NCBI GenBank assembly: GCA_017601395.1
Contig: JAFNIQ010000002.1
Coordinates: 6,990-70,989, forward strand
Length of the DNA stretch: 64,000 nucleotides
DNA from: Candidatus Brockarchaeota archaeon
GTDB lineage: Archaea > Thermoproteota > EX4484-205 > JAAOZP01
Direction: 5' to 3'
The translations under genes and the position numbers were made by a program. Below the pieces are notes generated by a model. The model ran no database searches, had not been told where the DNA came from, and worked only from the letters and a program-made list of their open reading frames with translations. Shown here in pieces: positions 29,734-38,999 of the stretch (positions are counted from its first letter, which is position 1; each line of letters opens with the position of its first letter).

Positions 29734-30066
29734 TTAAACGTAGTAGCCTGAATGAGGCTCCCTACGCTGACTCGGTTGCGGTGGATACTGGTCTTTAATC
29801 TCTCCAATCATCTTCTCGAGCTCAGCTAAGTGTTGGTTCAACCATTTAGTAAGCTGCTTCAATGCAACTGGCGTAAGTATTACTTCAACCTTAATCTCCC
29901 TACTTACAGTGGGGGGCTGGGTTGGCTCTTCGGGATGATTCACAACATCATTGAAGAAGGCGATTCTAAAATCAAACCCATTGAAGCCTCCAATCGCGCC
30001 CGTTGCATATACTCTTGCAAAGTCCTCGGCATACTTGATCTTAACCGGTATCCGCATTTCCGTCAT
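29734..30066 (-). CDS. DUF3467 domain-containing protein
   Basis: MTEMRIPVKIKYAEDFARVYATGAIGGF.. matches the conserved DUF3467 N-terminus. It is co-directional with the Glf-like gene, 19 nt upstream of it. Confidence 0.45.
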   Translation of the reverse strand: MTEMRIPVKIKYAEDFARVYATGAIGGFNGFDFRIAFFNDVVNHPEEPTQPPTVSREIKVEVILTPVALKQLTKWLNQHLAELEKMIGEIKDQYPPQPSQRREPHSGYYV

Positions 30067-30219
30067 GCTGGATTTTTAATCTATGCTGCTCTTAATAAGA
30101 ATTTGTCGGGCTTTTAACGGCTTTTGCTCGCTAAGATATTTTTATCAAATTTTGACACGCACAAGTATGCATTACCCCAGTCTGATAGGTTCCATAATGC
30201 TTAAATTAGAGAACTCTGG

Positions 30220-31389
30220 ATGATAAAACGATGGGAAATGAGTGCCCCGCGCAAAATAGGTGTTGCATTACTTGGTTATGCCTTTATGGGTAAGGCGCAT
30301 TCTCATGGTTTCAAAAGCATGCCCCACTTCTTCTATCCTCCACCCGCCGTACCCGATCTGGTAGTAATATATGGCAGGACTGAGGAAAAGGTTAGGAATG
30401 CTGCCGTAAACTACGGGTTTAGAAAGTATGTTACTGATTGGAGGAAGGCTGTTGAAGACCCTGAAGTAGAGGTGGTTGACAACTGTCTCCCGAACAACAT
30501 GCACGTTGATCCCACGATTGAAGCTATTGAAAAAGGTAAGCACGTGTTATGCGAAAAGCCTCTCGCAAGGAGTGGTGAGGAGGCGAGGATTCTCAGGGAT
30601 GTTGCAAATAGGGCTAAGGTTAAAACCATGGTTGCATTCAACTATAGGTTTGTCCCAGCGGTTCAGCTTGCCAGGCAAATAGTTAAATCCGGAATGCTTG
30701 GCAGGATATACCATTTCAGGGCTAGGTACCTTCAGGACTGGATTGTTGACCCAAACTTCCCATTAGCTTGGAGGCTTAGGAAGGAGGAGGCTGGAAGCGG
30801 TCCCTTAGGCGATCTCGGTAGCCACATAATAGACCTTGGAAGGTTTATAGTTGGGGAGTTTAAGTCAGTAATGGGCATGGTTAAAACGTTCATTGAGGAG
30901 AGGCCTCTGCCTGAGGATCCAAGTAGGAAGGGCAAAGTAACGGTTGACGATGCTTTCGAGGCAGTTATAGAGCTTGATAACGGGGCAATAGGTACCTTAG
31001 AGGCCTCGAGGTTCGCAACCGGTAGGAAAAATTATAATAACTTCGAGATTAACGGTGAGAAGGGTTCAATAGAGTTCAACCTTGAGCGGCTGAACGAGCT
31101 GAAACTATATTTGAGGGAATGGGAGGATAAGGCGATAGGCGGCTGGAACACTATTCTTGTGACTGAGAAGACCCAGCCCTACATAGAGAGATACTGGCCA
31201 TCCGGCCACATCATAGGATGGGAACATACTTTCATAAATGAAATATACCACTTCATCAAGGCCGTGGTTAAGGATGAGGATATTGCCCCTTTGGGAGCTA
31301 CTTTCGAGGACGGTTATAGAAACAATATGATCATGGACGCCATATTGAAGTCGGCTGAAACAGGTAGAAGAATAGAAATTTCATTCTAA
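30220..31389 (+). CDS. Gfo/Idh/MocA family oxidoreductase
   Basis: KIGVALLGYAFMGKAHS Rossmann motif and VLCEKPLA. Confidence 0.85.
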   Translation: MIKRWEMSAPRKIGVALLGYAFMGKAHSHGFKSMPHFFYPPPAVPDLVVIYGRTEEKVRNAAVNYGFRKYVTDWRKAVEDPEVEVVDNCLPNNMHVDPTIEAIEKGKHVLCEKPLARSGEEARILRDVANRAKVKTMVAFNYRFVPAVQLARQIVKSGMLGRIYHFRARYLQDWIVDPNFPLAWRLRKEEAGSGPLGDLGSHIIDLGRFIVGEFKSVMGMVKTFIEERPLPEDPSRKGKVTVDDAFEAVIELDNGAIGTLEASRFATGRKNYNNFEINGEKGSIEFNLERLNELKLYLREWEDKAIGGWNTILVTEKTQPYIERYWPSGHIIGWEHTFINEIYHFIKAVVKDEDIAPLGATFEDGYRNNMIMDAILKSAETGRRIEISF

Positions 31390-31563
31390 CCGAGTTATTT
31401 TTCTGATTATTTCTAATTCCATTGTTTTCAATTCATAAAATCATTTGTCCTGCTCCAAATGCACTGTTCGAAAAAATGTACAGCATGCTCTTTTCTCGAA
31501 TCTTTTTTTCTAAAAAGTCGAGCAACACAACGTTTAACATGTCTTTAGAAGCCTTTCACAGCA

Positions 31564-32827
31564 ATGTGTAAAAAGAGGTTATGGATAGTTGCGACGATTC
31601 TCTTACTGGCTACTATAGTGCCTCTTGGAGCCATTTTCCTCCCATACCCTTATTCGCCGATTCGCCCACCGCAGGCGAACGATGCTGGTTCAGCACCGCA
31701 GGGAGTTCAGGAGGTTGTAAAGGCCAATAAACCGATTCACATTCAAGCTTTACTCTGAACTTGTTAAAGCTGAGAGCGGCAATATTTTTCTTCTCTCCTT
31801 ACAGCATCTTCTCTGCTCTTGCAATGACATATGAGGGTGCTAGGGGGAAAACCGCGGAGGAAATGAAAACGGTTTTCGACTTCCCGGAAAACAGTTTGTT
31901 AAGGCCGAATTTCGCCGCGATCCATAACCGTATTAATAAGGCTGCTGGAGAATACGAGTTGAGGACTGGAAACGCGCTCTGGGTTCTGAAGGGCTATCTG
32001 TTTCTTGAAGAATATTTGAAGACGGTTGAAAAAATACTACGGTGGGAAGGCTGAGGTTTTAGACTTTATTCGTAAAGCTGAAAAGTCGCGGGGAACAATC
32101 AACGTCTTCATAAAGGAGCAGACGAATCATAAGATTAAAGACTTGATCCCGCCCGGGGTTCTCAACGAGCTTACGCGGCTCGTCTTAACCAACGCTATCT
32201 ACTTCAAAGGCGACTGGAAGATAGCGTTCAACGAATCCCTCACCATGGAAGAGGATTTCTGGATAATTCTGAATAGAAGCGTGAAGGTCCAGATGATGCA
32301 TATGCATCCAAATGAAACAATAAGGTTCAACTTCGTTGATACGGGGGATTTGCAAATTCTAGAGCTGCCGTACAAAGGGGGTAATGTCTCTATGCTGATA
32401 ATACTACCGAAACATTGAGGCGGCAGAGTCGTTCCTAACGGCGGAGAAGCTTGAAGAGTATAGGGCTCAAATGAAGGAGGAGAAGCTGGATGAGATCTGC
32501 CTGCCGAAATTCGAGATTGAAACCAAATACTTTATGCGGGAGACTTTAAGCAGCTTGGGAATGCCTACCGTATTCACTGGGGAAGCGGATTTCTTGGGAA
32601 TGACTGGCGGAAGAGACTTGTTTATCAGCCAAGTTATTCACCAGGCTTACGTTAAGGTCGGTGAGAAGGGGACTGAAGCGGCTGCCGCAACCGCCGTGGT
32701 CATGAAGCTAACTGCCATACCGGAGACTAAAGTCTTTAGAGCAGACCACCCGTTCATCTTCATGATTCAGGAGAAGGAAACGGGAGCCATTCTCTTCATG
32801 GGAAGGATTAGCAATCCTACGGGATAA
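31564..32827 (+). pseudogene. serpin (serine protease inhibitor) pseudogene, split into four frames by four +1 single-base insertions in A/T homopolymer runs
   Basis: Signal peptide MCKKRLWIVATILLLATIV. Serpin helix A FKLYSELVKAESGNIF is in frame 2. FFSPYSIFSALAMTYEGARGKTAEEM is in frame 0. NAIYFKGDWKIAFNESLT and LELPYKGGNVSMLIILPK are in frame 1. The hinge/RCL EKGTEAAAATAVVM and HPFIFMIQEKETGAILFMGRISNP are in frame 2. The shifts lie near 31727 (aataaa), 31775 (attttt), 32035 (aaaaaa) and 32410 (aaa). Confidence 0.8.
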
Positions 32828-32947
32828 ATAGGGGAAACTAGATTTACTTAATTCTAAGTTTCGCAGAGAGATTCTGATTTTTCAACCATCTTGTATAAAA
32901 AATGCTGCTAAAGCTTTTTCAGCAGTTTTAAAAATATAGAGGAGAGC

Positions 32948-33451
32948 TTGGGAGGACGGGGAAAGATTGTTATAATCCTACTGGTTTCCGCTGTAGTTTT
33001 ACTCTGTTTTTGGGCATACTTCAACAATGGCGGTTCAAGGGTCACTGAGGAGTTTCAAAAGATGAGTACTGCAAGGATCCGGATTGTTAACGACGAGGGC
33101 CAGGTTATCGAGTTTGAGGTTAAGGTTGCGGATGAGCCTGATGAGCGTGCAGCAGGCTTCCAGAACATCAGTAGGAGCATCATTGAGAAGACTCTTATAC
33201 TGTTCATATTCCCCGATGAAGTTAACGGTTTATTCCATATGCGCAACGTTGAGGCAAGCCTAGACATAGCTTTCATCAAGGCGGACGGAGCCATAGTTGG
33301 GATCCTGCGCATGGATCCAAGCCCGACTAAGCTATATGGTGTGGATAAGTACTTCAAGTATGCCATTGAAGCTCCGGCAGGCTTCTTTAAGGAGAGAAAA
33401 ATAACACCTGAGCGATCCAGACTGATTGTCGACTCAATCCCGAAAGGCTGA
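32948..33451 (+). CDS. DUF192 domain-containing protein (COG1430-like), with an N-terminal signal anchor
   Basis: N-terminal TM helix, then VADEPDERAAGFQNIS...LFIFPDE...FHMRNVEASLDIAFIKADGAIVGI, which matches the DUF192 pattern. Confidence 0.55.
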   Translation: MGGRGKIVIILLVSAVVLLCFWAYFNNGGSRVTEEFQKMSTARIRIVNDEGQVIEFEVKVADEPDERAAGFQNISRSIIEKTLILFIFPDEVNGLFHMRNVEASLDIAFIKADGAIVGILRMDPSPTKLYGVDKYFKYAIEAPAGFFKERKITPERSRLIVDSIPKG

Positions 33452-33629
33452 TCCATAGACAACCAGATGGCTGATAGATGCGGGTGTAATAATTAGCGTT
33501 CATATTCTGTCTTGATTTCTCTAATTATAAACATTTTCCCAACGTCGAACTGCAATAGAAGCGTGTCTTTTCAAGATTTTAATTAAAAAATTTTATATCC
33601 ATCTGCCAGCCATATTAAAAGGAAGGGAA

Positions 33630-36629
33630 TTGGTAAGTAGGCGTGTAGGAAGTAATTTATTGCTCGTCGTTCTAATTCTCATCGCATTCTGTTTTTCAGC
33701 TATTTCCTCAGTAAGATGGATGCCTACTATAATGGTTTCTGGAACGCGATATGGTGAAATAGAATTAAATATTGGTTGTGGCAGCCCAAGTATATCATAC
33801 TTCGGGAACTACCTATTTGTTGAGCTTGATGGTTTTCATTATTTTGGTGAACCTGGCAATCCGGAGCTTCCGACTAAGTTTTTAGACGTGTTGCTTCCAC
33901 CCGATGTGAATACAACCACCATAGATATATGTGTTTTACGGGATGAAAGCTATGAGATGAATGTGACTGCAGAAGTAATTCCGGCGCCACCTTTGGCATG
34001 CGGTGAAGCAGTGGATTGGGGTATCGGCAAGGATATACAGAATGGTAAGAATCTTCTCGTATACGGGAGAGGAGAATATTATCCGGATAACGCTGTAGAG
34101 GTTTACCAGGTTTCTAATAGAGGAATATATGTGTTTGCAAGAATCCGGTATAATCCCATCCAGTATAACCCGTTAAAAGGGAGGCTTAAGATACATGAGA
34201 ATATATCTTTCAAGATCACTTATCAGCTTACAGGTAGACGAGCAGCCATTGTTAAAAACACGATAGTTGAAAAAATCGTTGAGAAACAATTTGTAAACTG
34301 GAATAGCGCTAAAGAATGGTATTTGCCGTCTTTTCCGGCATTGAACTCCCAGTACGATTATGTTATAGTCACTACGAAGGCTATAAAAACAGGAAGCATG
34401 GAGCTAAACAATTATGTGAATCATCTTCAGAACACTAGAGGCTTCAAGGTGAGGGTGATCACAGAGGATGATTACGGGCCGGAAACTGGGCAGCAGAGAG
34501 CAGTAAACATAAGAAACTGGTTGAAGAACAATTATCTAACCCTGGGGGTCAAGTATGTTCTTCTAATAGGCAATCCTGATCCAGATGACCCGAGTAATCC
34601 GTCTGACTCTTACGGTGATGTCCCAATGATGATGTGCTGGCCGAGGGTTCAGGGTTATGATACTGTGCCCACGGACTATTTCTATGCTGACCTTACTGGA
34701 AACTGGAATACCGATGGGGACAGTTATTATGGGGAATATGGTCAAGATACTGGCGTGGACTTCACTCCGGAGGTATATGTAGGAAGAATACCTGTTTACA
34801 ATGATGATTACGCTACGCTAGATGAGGTTCTCCGAAAGACGATGAGCTACGTGTTCTCAGGAACAGGATGGAGAAACAGGATTATGCTTCCAGTAGCTAT
34901 AAGCAACTATGCGAATGAAGATAACCAGGGCTGGCAAAGAACAGATGGTTTAGACTTGCCTAAATATGTGGTTGAAAACATTCTGCCTGGGGGCTGGACG
35001 CACTATGTTCTTTACGAGAGAGCTGGACGGGACCCGGTGCCTGAGGCTGCGCCATATTACTCAGCACCATTAACTAAGGCTAACTTGGTCAACGAGTGGA
35101 AGAAGGGTTACGGAGTGGTTTTCTGGTTCGGCCATGGGAGCAGCCAAGGAGCCTTCAGAAAGTATTGGAGTTTTGACGATGGTGACGGGGTGCCGGAGTC
35201 CGGCGAGATGAGTTGGCAATTATTCTTCGGCTCTTCTGATACTCCTGGATTGAACGGCTCCGCACCCTCATTCATATTCCAATGCTCCTGTAACAATGGT
35301 TATCCGGAGGATGAAAATAACCTTGGCTATGCTCTTCTTAAGAATGGTGCGGTAGCAACTGTTTCAGCCTCGAGGGTAAGCTGGTATATAGTTGGCTACT
35401 GGTGGCCCCGTATGCTTGCGGATAATGTTGAAATAGGGTACCGCTACGTTGAGAAACTGTTAAAGGATAAGCTTAGTGCAGGCGTAGCTCTCTACGAGGC
35501 TAAGGGGATGCTGCCTCATGATAGCAGTGTTTGGTGGATGAACCTGTTCTGCTTCAACCTTTACGGTGACCCAAGTCTCTCACTGTTCAACGCTTTATCT
35601 AAGATTACTGTCGACTCGGACCCACGGGGCTCAGGCCTCGTGAAGGTTGATGGACAACTTATCACGACACCTGTAGTCTTCACATGGGAGGAGGGCTCAA
35701 CCCACCTGCTGGAAGCAGTCTCACCCATGGACTTAGAGAATGGGACGAGGTATGTCTGGTATGGCTGGAGCGACGGAGGAGCCCAAAGCCACAATTACAC
35801 TGTTACAAGTTACAACACTACTGTAAAAGCCTTCTTCAAGAAACAGTATAACGTCACTTTCACGGTTAAGCCACTGAGCTGCGGAACCACATCGCCTTCC
35901 GGCTCGGACTGGTACAACGAGGGCTCAACAATACAAATATCCGCCATCGCTGACCCTGACTACGTCTTCAAAAATTGGTTTTCAAACACGTCGAAGATAA
36001 CTATAGCTGACCCCTATTTGCCGAACACTAATGCAACTATAGGCGGTCCGGGAACTGTGACGGCCAACTTCACTGTTACGGTTACAAGCTTAACGTTGAA
36101 AGTGGTGGACAGCATGGTTCAAACAGGAGTAGTAAATCTAACAGTCAAAATAATATCGCTTAACAACATTACTGGTGCAGGGTATGCGGTAGACGCCACT
36201 AATCCTCTAACTCTAATACCTTCTCCAGCAGACGGCTCCTGGGATTCAAGCATAGAGTACATCAGAATAAGCTTCAACGGTTCAACCTATGCCGATGGAT
36301 TCCACACGATCTACGTTAGGGCTAACGATACGGAGAATACGAGTAACTGGCTCACTTTACGTTTCCACGTCAGGAGTCTGGTTAAGAGGTACAACCTTAT
36401 CGCCCTAATCCTCAAACAATCTTCGGGATACTCGGCTGAAACGCTTGGGAAAGCGATAGGGCCGGAAGCAACGTTAATAGCAAGATGGGATATTGGAACG
36501 CAAAAGTTTAAAGGCTATTCGCCCGGCATCAGCAGCCCGGCGGACGACTTTCCAGTAGAGCAGGGCTTCGGATACTTCGTGTACTTGAATTCTCCGCGCA
36601 AATTCGTGGAGCTGGAGGTAGAGGGATGA
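33630..36629 (+). CDS. secreted peptidase C25 (gingipain-like, clan CD) family protein with a propeptide and C-terminal Ig-like/beta-sandwich domains
   Basis: Signal peptide. C25-propeptide-like segment GFHYFGEPGNPELPTKFLDVLLPPD. Catalytic His in VVFWFGHGSSQGAF and catalytic Cys in SFIFQCSCNNGY (clan CD His-Gly ... Cys dyad spacing). The C-terminal NLYGDP motif is shared with the 55109..59161 protein. 999 aa. Confidence 0.65.
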   Translation: MVSRRVGSNLLLVVLILIAFCFSAISSVRWMPTIMVSGTRYGEIELNIGCGSPSISYFGNYLFVELDGFHYFGEPGNPELPTKFLDVLLPPDVNTTTIDICVLRDESYEMNVTAEVIPAPPLACGEAVDWGIGKDIQNGKNLLVYGRGEYYPDNAVEVYQVSNRGIYVFARIRYNPIQYNPLKGRLKIHENISFKITYQLTGRRAAIVKNTIVEKIVEKQFVNWNSAKEWYLPSFPALNSQYDYVIVTTKAIKTGSMELNNYVNHLQNTRGFKVRVITEDDYGPETGQQRAVNIRNWLKNNYLTLGVKYVLLIGNPDPDDPSNPSDSYGDVPMMMCWPRVQGYDTVPTDYFYADLTGNWNTDGDSYYGEYGQDTGVDFTPEVYVGRIPVYNDDYATLDEVLRKTMSYVFSGTGWRNRIMLPVAISNYANEDNQGWQRTDGLDLPKYVVENILPGGWTHYVLYERAGRDPVPEAAPYYSAPLTKANLVNEWKKGYGVVFWFGHGSSQGAFRKYWSFDDGDGVPESGEMSWQLFFGSSDTPGLNGSAPSFIFQCSCNNGYPEDENNLGYALLKNGAVATVSASRVSWYIVGYWWPRMLADNVEIGYRYVEKLLKDKLSAGVALYEAKGMLPHDSSVWWMNLFCFNLYGDPSLSLFNALSKITVDSDPRGSGLVKVDGQLITTPVVFTWEEGSTHLLEAVSPMDLENGTRYVWYGWSDGGAQSHNYTVTSYNTTVKAFFKKQYNVTFTVKPLSCGTTSPSGSDWYNEGSTIQISAIADPDYVFKNWFSNTSKITIADPYLPNTNATIGGPGTVTANFTVTVTSLTLKVVDSMVQTGVVNLTVKIISLNNITGAGYAVDATNPLTLIPSPADGSWDSSIEYIRISFNGSTYADGFHTIYVRANDTENTSNWLTLRFHVRSLVKRYNLIALILKQSSGYSAETLGKAIGPEATLIARWDIGTQKFKGYSPGISSPADDFPVEQGFGYFVYLNSPRKFVELEVEG

Positions 36630-38515
36630 TGAAGAAGGCTTTCTACTTAGCCTGCATATTCATTCTATGTGGGATAATCTTAACCGTCATAAATTTCGTT
36701 AGGGCGCAGGTACCTGTAAACGTGTGGGGATATGTCTATATGCCTGATGGGACTCTTGCAGTCGGCGCTTCTGTTTCAATTTCTGGTGGAGGAGACTCTA
36801 AATCAACAACTACTGGAACCGACGGCAAATATGGGCCAGTTACGCTAACTGTTTCTTCTGTTCCCGTGAATATAGTCGTAAGTGCATCGAAAGACAGTTA
36901 TTCAGGTAGTGCATCTGCCATAGGCGAGGGTACGGTACAGATAGACATACATCTTTCAGCAGCGCCTCCACCCCCGCCTCCTCCGCCTTCCCCGCCACCA
37001 TCGAGAAAGCTGGTTAGTATCCAGCTTAGCGTCCCGAGCGAGGCTGCTGTTAACGCCAGTGTCAGGATAATTGGGAAGGTTAATCCAAGTGTTTCCCAAT
37101 TATACTTGAAGACTAGGGATCCGAAAAATATTCTGAATGAATATCAGTTGTCGGTTGCCTTAAACGGAAGCTTCTCGTTCGACTTTACGCCTACGATTTT
37201 AGGCGTCTATAGGATTTCAGCGTTTTTTCCTGGCGACTTAGAGTATGAGCCTGCTTCAACACCCGAGTACTCTCTTCGGGTGAAATCAAGGTCGATTCTT
37301 AATCTGACTTTAAGCCCGACCGTGGTGGTAGCAGGATTCGAGAACATTAGTATAAGCGGGAGGCTTTATCCTCCTAGTGTTCAAAACGTTTTACTCTACT
37401 ATTCCTTAGACAATGCTTCATGGATTCTCTTCGCCGAGTTGAATGCTACGACGGGGGTTTTATCAATAGTTTGGAAGCCGAGGGTTTTCGGAGACGTCTT
37501 CATAAAGGCAGAGTGGACTGGGAACGATACTTATACCGGCTCGGTTGCATACGGGAGGTTTCAAACAGTGTTGCCAAGCGTATGCATGTTGCGAGCATGG
37601 GTTGAGAACTCTCCAATCAGGATTGGGGAGGAAGTACGGGTCAACGGGGTTCTTATTGGTGTTGCGCATCCTGAAACCGCCGAGTTAACTATGCGTATTT
37701 ATAATGATGGGAGGGAGGTTGAAACCTTTAGGCTGAATCCTTCTCCAGACGGGGTTTTCACCGTAAGCTATAAGCCAGGGTCGCCCGGGGTCTATGTTCT
37801 GCTTCTCGAGGCTAGTGGAGTAAGATTGTTGAGGGCTAGCAATGTTACGACAGTCGTTGTCTTAGGAGAGGTGAAGCTTAGGGCGGTTAACTCCACAGGC
37901 GGACTACTGGGTGAAGCAGTAGTGGAGTTGAAGCATAATAGTGAAATTGCAAGCTCAGGAGCAGGTGAATTGAAAATCGTCCTGAATCTCGGGGATTACG
38001 AGGTCATCGTAAAGAGTGATGGCGCTGAAGTATTCAAGGGTTATCTCAGTCTAACGAATAAAGGTGTCTCCCTGATTTCCCTTAAACAGAGTGCAGAGTT
38101 TCCGCTTCCCATAACAAGCAGGCCTTTGATAATTGAATTGAGGACTGAAACCTATTTCCTGAACGTTCACGTGGTCAATGAATTCGGCGAGCCGATGGGA
38201 AACGTTGAAGTCAAGATAGCTCCATCTCCGCATCCCGTGACAAGTAGGCCTTTAAACGAATCATCGGTTTTTCAAACTACCGGGAGAACAGATGCTGAGG
38301 GCCGCATTGTTTTTTCAAACATTCCTGCTGGAAACTATACTGTCAGCACTTCTGCTGAAAGCAAGAATGTTAATCTTATTCGAAACGAATCTGTAACGCT
38401 AAAAGGATCGGGGGTTAACTTGAGGATAGTTCTTATTCTTGTCGCTGTTGCTTTAATAGTTTTATGCTTCACTACTTTCTACCTTGCTAGAAAGAAGCCT
38501 GTCATGGAGAAGTAG
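36626..38515 (+). CDS. cell-surface protein with carboxypeptidase-regulatory-like beta-sandwich repeats, a poly-Pro linker and a C-terminal TM anchor
   Basis: It overlaps the upstream stop by 4 nt. It has a signal peptide, TGTDGKYGPV (a CarboxypepD_reg-like motif), PPPPPPPPSPPPS, and a C-terminal hydrophobic helix plus RKKP. Confidence 0.6.
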   Translation: MMKKAFYLACIFILCGIILTVINFVRAQVPVNVWGYVYMPDGTLAVGASVSISGGGDSKSTTTGTDGKYGPVTLTVSSVPVNIVVSASKDSYSGSASAIGEGTVQIDIHLSAAPPPPPPPPSPPPSRKLVSIQLSVPSEAAVNASVRIIGKVNPSVSQLYLKTRDPKNILNEYQLSVALNGSFSFDFTPTILGVYRISAFFPGDLEYEPASTPEYSLRVKSRSILNLTLSPTVVVAGFENISISGRLYPPSVQNVLLYYSLDNASWILFAELNATTGVLSIVWKPRVFGDVFIKAEWTGNDTYTGSVAYGRFQTVLPSVCMLRAWVENSPIRIGEEVRVNGVLIGVAHPETAELTMRIYNDGREVETFRLNPSPDGVFTVSYKPGSPGVYVLLLEASGVRLLRASNVTTVVVLGEVKLRAVNSTGGLLGEAVVELKHNSEIASSGAGELKIVLNLGDYEVIVKSDGAEVFKGYLSLTNKGVSLISLKQSAEFPLPITSRPLIIELRTETYFLNVHVVNEFGEPMGNVEVKIAPSPHPVTSRPLNESSVFQTTGRTDAEGRIVFSNIPAGNYTVSTSAESKNVNLIRNESVTLKGSGVNLRIVLILVAVALIVLCFTTFYLARKKPVMEK

Positions 38516-38552
38516 GAAACGATTAAATCATGGCTAATGCAGGATATTTTTA

Positions 38553-38924
38553 GTGGTGCGGATGAGGAGGGAAGGCAACCTGTGGCTTGGCGCATTCTTG
38601 GGGTTCATAATAAACTCTGTTCTAGGCGCGTACTTTCCGGTGATCGGCCCTTTAATCGGCGGCTTCATATCCGGCTTAATGGCTGGAGGAGGACCTGGCA
38701 GAGGAGCCCTAGCCGGGTTTCTAGCAGGAGTGTTTGGCGGAATAATTGCAACCATACTTCTAGTCATCGGGTTCGTTGCTGCCGGAGGCCTGCTTGGAGG
38801 GGTTCTCGGCGGGCTACTCGGTCTTCTAGGAGGCCTGGTTGCTGGCGGAGCAATCATAGTATCGCTGGCATTCGGATCGATAATGTCAATAATCGGTGGA
38901 GCTATTGGTGGAGCAGTAGGTTAG
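38553..38924 (+). CDS. glycine-rich small membrane protein (DUF5518-like)
   Basis: 123 aa, extremely G/L/A/I rich with GxxxG repeats. The alternative ORFs in the other two frames are R-rich and P-rich artifacts of the GC-rich triplet periodicity. Confidence 0.45.
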   Translation: MVRMRREGNLWLGAFLGFIINSVLGAYFPVIGPLIGGFISGLMAGGGPGRGALAGFLAGVFGGIIATILLVIGFVAAGGLLGGVLGGLLGLLGGLVAGGAIIVSLAFGSIMSIIGGAIGGAVG

Positions 38925-38999
38925 AATCAACCATTTTTTATGTTTCGCTTCTCAGCGGAAAATTTAGCATGCGCTTTCTAGAAAGTATGGTTCTAAGTC

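Noticed and set aside
25465-32827. Explaining the GH, serpin and nitroreductase frameshifts purely as homopolymer sequencing errors
   Set aside because: The lesions are clustered, at 3-4 per gene in three genes. About 45 other genes, including 3-4 kb ORFs with many homopolymers, are intact. The error hypothesis cannot be excluded without reads, so it is flagged as a check rather than adopted.
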